Part shown: positions 38,997-40,415 of the stretch, one piece after another
How positions within the stretch are numbered: the first letter of the stretch is position 1
How the letters are laid out: the number at the start of each line of letters is the position of its first letter
Virus record (IMG/VR): IMGVR_UViG_2551306526_000008
Location: 1-40,415 of that record
Reading direction: 5' to 3' (one strand)
Source of the DNA: a virus
Taxonomy: Duplodnaviria; Heunggongvirae; Uroviricota; Caudoviricetes
DNA length: 40,415 nucleotides
Notes under the pieces: model-generated
Told to the model about the DNA's origin: nothing
Seen by the model: only the letters and a program-made list of their open reading frames with translations
Database searches by the model: none
Translations under genes and position numbers: made by a program

Positions 38997-39025
38997 GTTC
39001 GATTCCCTATTCGGAGATAGCACTC

Positions 39026-39226
39026 ATGCAACACGAACTACAACCTGATTCACTGGTTGATTTGAAATTCATCATGGCCGATACTGGCTTCGGTAAAACC
39101 TTCATCTACGACCGGATTAAGTCCGGCGACCTGCCAAAAGCCAAAGTTATCCACGGACGAGCAAGATGGTTATATCGTGACCATTGTGAGTTCAAAAATA
39201 AGCTCTTAAGTCGCGCCAATGGGTAA
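39026..39226 (+). CDS. torI: Excisionase / recombination directionality factor TorI
   Basis: 66 aa; MQHELQPDSLVDLKFIMADTGFGKTFIYDRIKSGDLPKAKVIHGRARWLYRDHCEFKNKLLSRANG matches recalled E. coli TorI. Confidence 0.85.
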   Translation: MQHELQPDSLVDLKFIMADTGFGKTFIYDRIKSGDLPKAKVIHGRARWLYRDHCEFKNKLLSRANG

Positions 39227-39299
39227 AATAGCGGGTAAAATATTTTTCACATATAAAAAATACCATTCCAATCAATCCCCTGCCGCTTCAAGTAGATGT

Positions 39300-39314
39300 C
39301 TGCAGGGGACACCA
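39300..39314. repeat. attR core: 15-bp direct repeat of argW 3' end (pawZ-like pseudo-tRNA fragment)
   Basis: ctgcaggggacacca identical to 1069-1083; GGGTAAAA motifs at 39221-39228 and 39233-39240 just upstream. Confidence 0.85.
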
Positions 39315-39755
39315 GATACCCTTCAAACGAAATCTACCTTCACCCCGTAAAAGATGGGTTTGGCAGCACACTTGCCTTATATCTACTCATTTTTACTGCA
39401 ACAGGTTGAAATCTCAGCACTGTCAGAAAGCGCTGATGACTAAACAGCCCTGGGCCGGGCGATGTAACCATCACACAGAATCCTGATAGCGAAATATGGC
39501 GTGACTCGATACTTCACTCCGCAATGCATTCCTTGATGAATTCGCAGGACCGTGATACACGGGACAGGTCACTGAATGACGACAATGTCCTGGAAATCAG
39601 CGAACCGCGCATCTGAAGTACATTTGAGCGACTGTACCAGAACATGAATGAGGCGTTTGGATTAGGCGATTATTAGCAGGGCTAAGCATTTTACTATTAT
39701 TATTTTCCGGTTGAGGGATATAGAGCTATCGACAACAACCGGAAAAAGTTTACGT

Positions 39756-40415
39756 CTATATTGCTGAAGGTACAGGCGTTTCCATAACTATTTGCTCGCG
39801 TTTTTTACTCAAGAAGAAAATGCCAAATAGCAACATCAGGCAGACAATACCCGAAATTGCGAAGAAAACTGTCTGGTAGCCTGCGTGGTCAAAGAGTATC
39901 CCAGTCGGCGTTGAAAGCAGCACAATCCCAAGCGAACTGGCAATTTGAAAACCAATCAGAAAGATCGTCGACGACAGGCGCTTATCAAAATTTGCCACGC
40001 TGTATTTGAAGACGGATATGACACAAAGTGGAACCTCAATAGCATGTAACAGCTTCACTAATGAAATAATCCAGGGGTTAACGAACAGCGCGCAGGAAAG
40101 GATACGCAACGCCATAATCACAACACCGATAAGTAATGCATTTTTTGGCCCTACCCGATTCACAAAGAAAGGAATAATCGCCATGCATAGCGCTTCGAGT
40201 ACCACCTGGAATGAGTTGAGATAACCATACAGGCGCGTTCCTACATCGTGTGATTCGAATAAACCTGCATAAAAGACAGGAAAAAGTTGTTGATCAAAAA
40301 TGTTATAGAAAGACCACGTCCCCACAATAAATATGACGAAAACCCAGAAGTTTCGATCCTTGAAAACTGCGATAAAATCCTCTTTTTTACCCCTCCCGCA
40401 TCCGCCGCTACGCAC
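39756..40415 (-). CDS. LacY-family oligosaccharide:H+ symporter, C-terminal 219 codons (N-terminus beyond window); possibly sucrose permease CscB
   Basis: Polytopic hydrophobic ORF running off the window end; csc genes are known to lie beside argW in some E. coli, but identity is from recall only. Confidence 0.6.
   Translation of the reverse strand: MRSGGCGRGKKEDFIAVFKDRNFWVFVIFIVGTWSFYNIFDQQLFPVFYAGLFESHDVGTRLYGYLNSFQVVLEALCMAIIPFFVNRVGPKNALLIGVVIMALRILSCALFVNPWIISLVKLLHAIEVPLCVISVFKYSVANFDKRLSSTIFLIGFQIASSLGIVLLSTPTGILFDHAGYQTVFFAISGIVCLMLLFGIFFLSKKREQIVMETPVPSAI

Noticed and set aside
39315-39755. Non-coding stretch between attR and the permease gene with short ORF fragments
   Set aside because: Only very short ORFs without start context; most likely host intergenic sequence or gene remnants, with nothing specific supportable by eye.

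Overview
This window is an enterobacterial (E. coli-type) chromosomal segment running from yfdC and tRNA-Arg(CCU) argW into a LacY-family permease fragment, with a complete-looking ~38.2 kb P22/Sf6-like lambdoid prophage integrated at the 3' end of argW. The prophage is bounded by a 15-bp direct repeat (attL 1069-1083, attR 39300-39314), with a KplE1-type IntS integrase at the left end and a TorI-type excisionase at the right end. Left to right it carries: a tailspike with a P22 gp9-like head-binding domain; a P22-type immI region (ant, arc, mnt with Omnt/Oarc operators); a P22-order virion block on the minus strand (gp16, gp20, gp7, gp14, gp26, gp10, gp4, coat, scaffold, portal, TerL, TerS); a lambda-type lysis cassette (S, R, Rz/Rz1); Q and a nin region (ninH, rusA, ybcO-like, rha, ninF, ninE, ninD-like, ninB); a DnaB-like helicase and O-like initiator with embedded iteron origin; cII, cro, operators, cI; and a rightward early-left operon (cIII, kil, Rad52/Erf-type annealase, ssb, DEDDh exonuclease, Ead/Ea22, DUF551). 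No CRISPR array, rRNA or transposase was seen. The best candidates for undescribed functions are accessory (moron) loci: two signal-peptide proteins translationally coupled to mnt at the position P22 uses for sieA, a DUF2829/Tad2-like protein and an AT-rich cysteine-rich ORF between lysis and terminase genes, terminator-insulated cargo next to torI, and an SSB with an extension past its normally terminal DDDIPF tip. All calls rest on reading the sequence and recalled family knowledge; no database search was run.
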